Positions 63,273 to 64,000 of a stretch of 64,000 nucleotides of DNA are shown here, in pieces. Both the position numbers and the translations under genes were made by a program. The DNA is taken from the NCBI GenBank assembly GCA_002633005.1, contig NMRA01000004.1, positions 1,774,891 through 1,838,890 of the forward strand, written 5' to 3'. Below the pieces are notes generated by a model. It was not told the origin of the DNA and did no database searches. It saw nothing but the letters and a program-made list of their open reading frames with translations. The stretch's first letter is position 1. Every line of letters begins with the position of its first letter. This DNA comes from Phoronis australis. Lineage: Eukaryota; Animalia; Phoronida.

Positions 63273-64000
63273 CTGCCTGCGCTGCCTTTGGCAGCTTGGC
63301 TGAGGCCCGCCTAAGTGCTACGCCGGAGCAGGCAGGCCTCAGCCAAGCTGCCGAAGGCAGCGCAGGTAGGCCTCAGCCAAGCTGCCGAAGGCAGCGCAGG
63401 CAGGCTACGGCGTAGCACTTAGGCGGGCCTCAGCCAAGATGGCGAGGGCAGCGCAGGCAGGCTCCGGCGTAGCACTGAGGCAGGCCTCAGCCAAGCTGCC
63501 GAGGGCAGCGCAGGCAGGCTCGGGCGTAGCACTTAGGCGGGCCTCAGCCAACAAGCTCCCGAGGGCAGCGCAGGCAGGCACCGGCGTAGCACTTAGGCGG
63601 GCCCTCAGCCAAAGCTGCCGAGGGCAGCGCAGGCAGGCTCCGCCGTAGCACTTAAGCGGGCCTCAAACAAGCTGCCGAGGGCAGCGTAGGCAGGCTCCGG
63701 CATAGCACTTAGGCGGGCCTCAGCCAAGCTGCCGAGGGCAGCGCAGGCAGGTTCCGGCGTAGCACATAGGCGGGCCTCAGCCAAGCTGCCGAGGGCAGCG
63801 CAGGCAGTATCCGGCGTAGCACTTAGGCGGGCCTCAGCCAAGCTGCCGAGGGCAGCGCAGGCAGGCTCCCGGCATAGCACTTAGGCGGGCCTCAGCCAAG
63901 CTGCCGAAGGCAGCGGAGGCAGGCTGCGGCGTAGCACTTAGGCGGGCCTCATTCAAGCTGCCGAGGGCAGCGCAGGCAGGCTCCGGCGTAGCACTTAGGC
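63273..64000. repeat. GC-rich 57-bp satellite (at least 11 copies, runs off the window) headed by one inverted unit at a TTAA site
   Basis: Unit CTCAGCCAAGCTGCCGAGGGCAGCGCAGGCAGGCTCCGGCGTAGCACTTAGGCGGGC. 63273-63329 is the reverse complement of one unit and follows TTAA at 63269-63272. Confidence 0.95.

Noticed and set aside
63439-63880. Ala-rich repetitive ORFs (19-aa period)
   Set aside because: They are a by-product of a 57-bp GC-rich satellite; indels break the frame and there is no gene context.

Overview
This is AT-rich, intron-rich animal genomic DNA, probably from a marine invertebrate (lophotrochozoan-like; an inference). It comes from a draft assembly with two N-gaps and two single-N joins that place alternative haplotypes side by side. 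Five spliced genes can be rebuilt by hand from GT-AG exons: the 3' part of IQCE (+, with an expanded IQ-motif series), CCDC166 (-, 7 exons), LSM11 (+, 4 exons, head-to-head with CCDC166) and two tandem, divergent FABP/iLBP-family genes (+, 4 coding exons each). The rest is a layered transposon landscape: many TTAA-targeting Kolobok-type elements (three copies of one THAP-bearing family), a solo LTR, an Academ-type element with intact termini and TSD, IS3EU-, hAT- and Harbinger-like MITEs, HINE/pearl-like repeats rich in CTCF-like motifs, LINE and SINE remnants, a 146-bp-arm palindrome and a young 57-bp satellite. The most striking structure is in intron 1 of the first FABP gene. There, a solo LTR with perfect heat-shock elements and a TATA box has captured a Kolobok derivative built from two left ends just ahead of its poly(A) signal, which could form a heat-inducible fold-back/THAP transcription unit. 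No database searches were run; family assignments rest on recalled motifs and terminus/TSD signatures.
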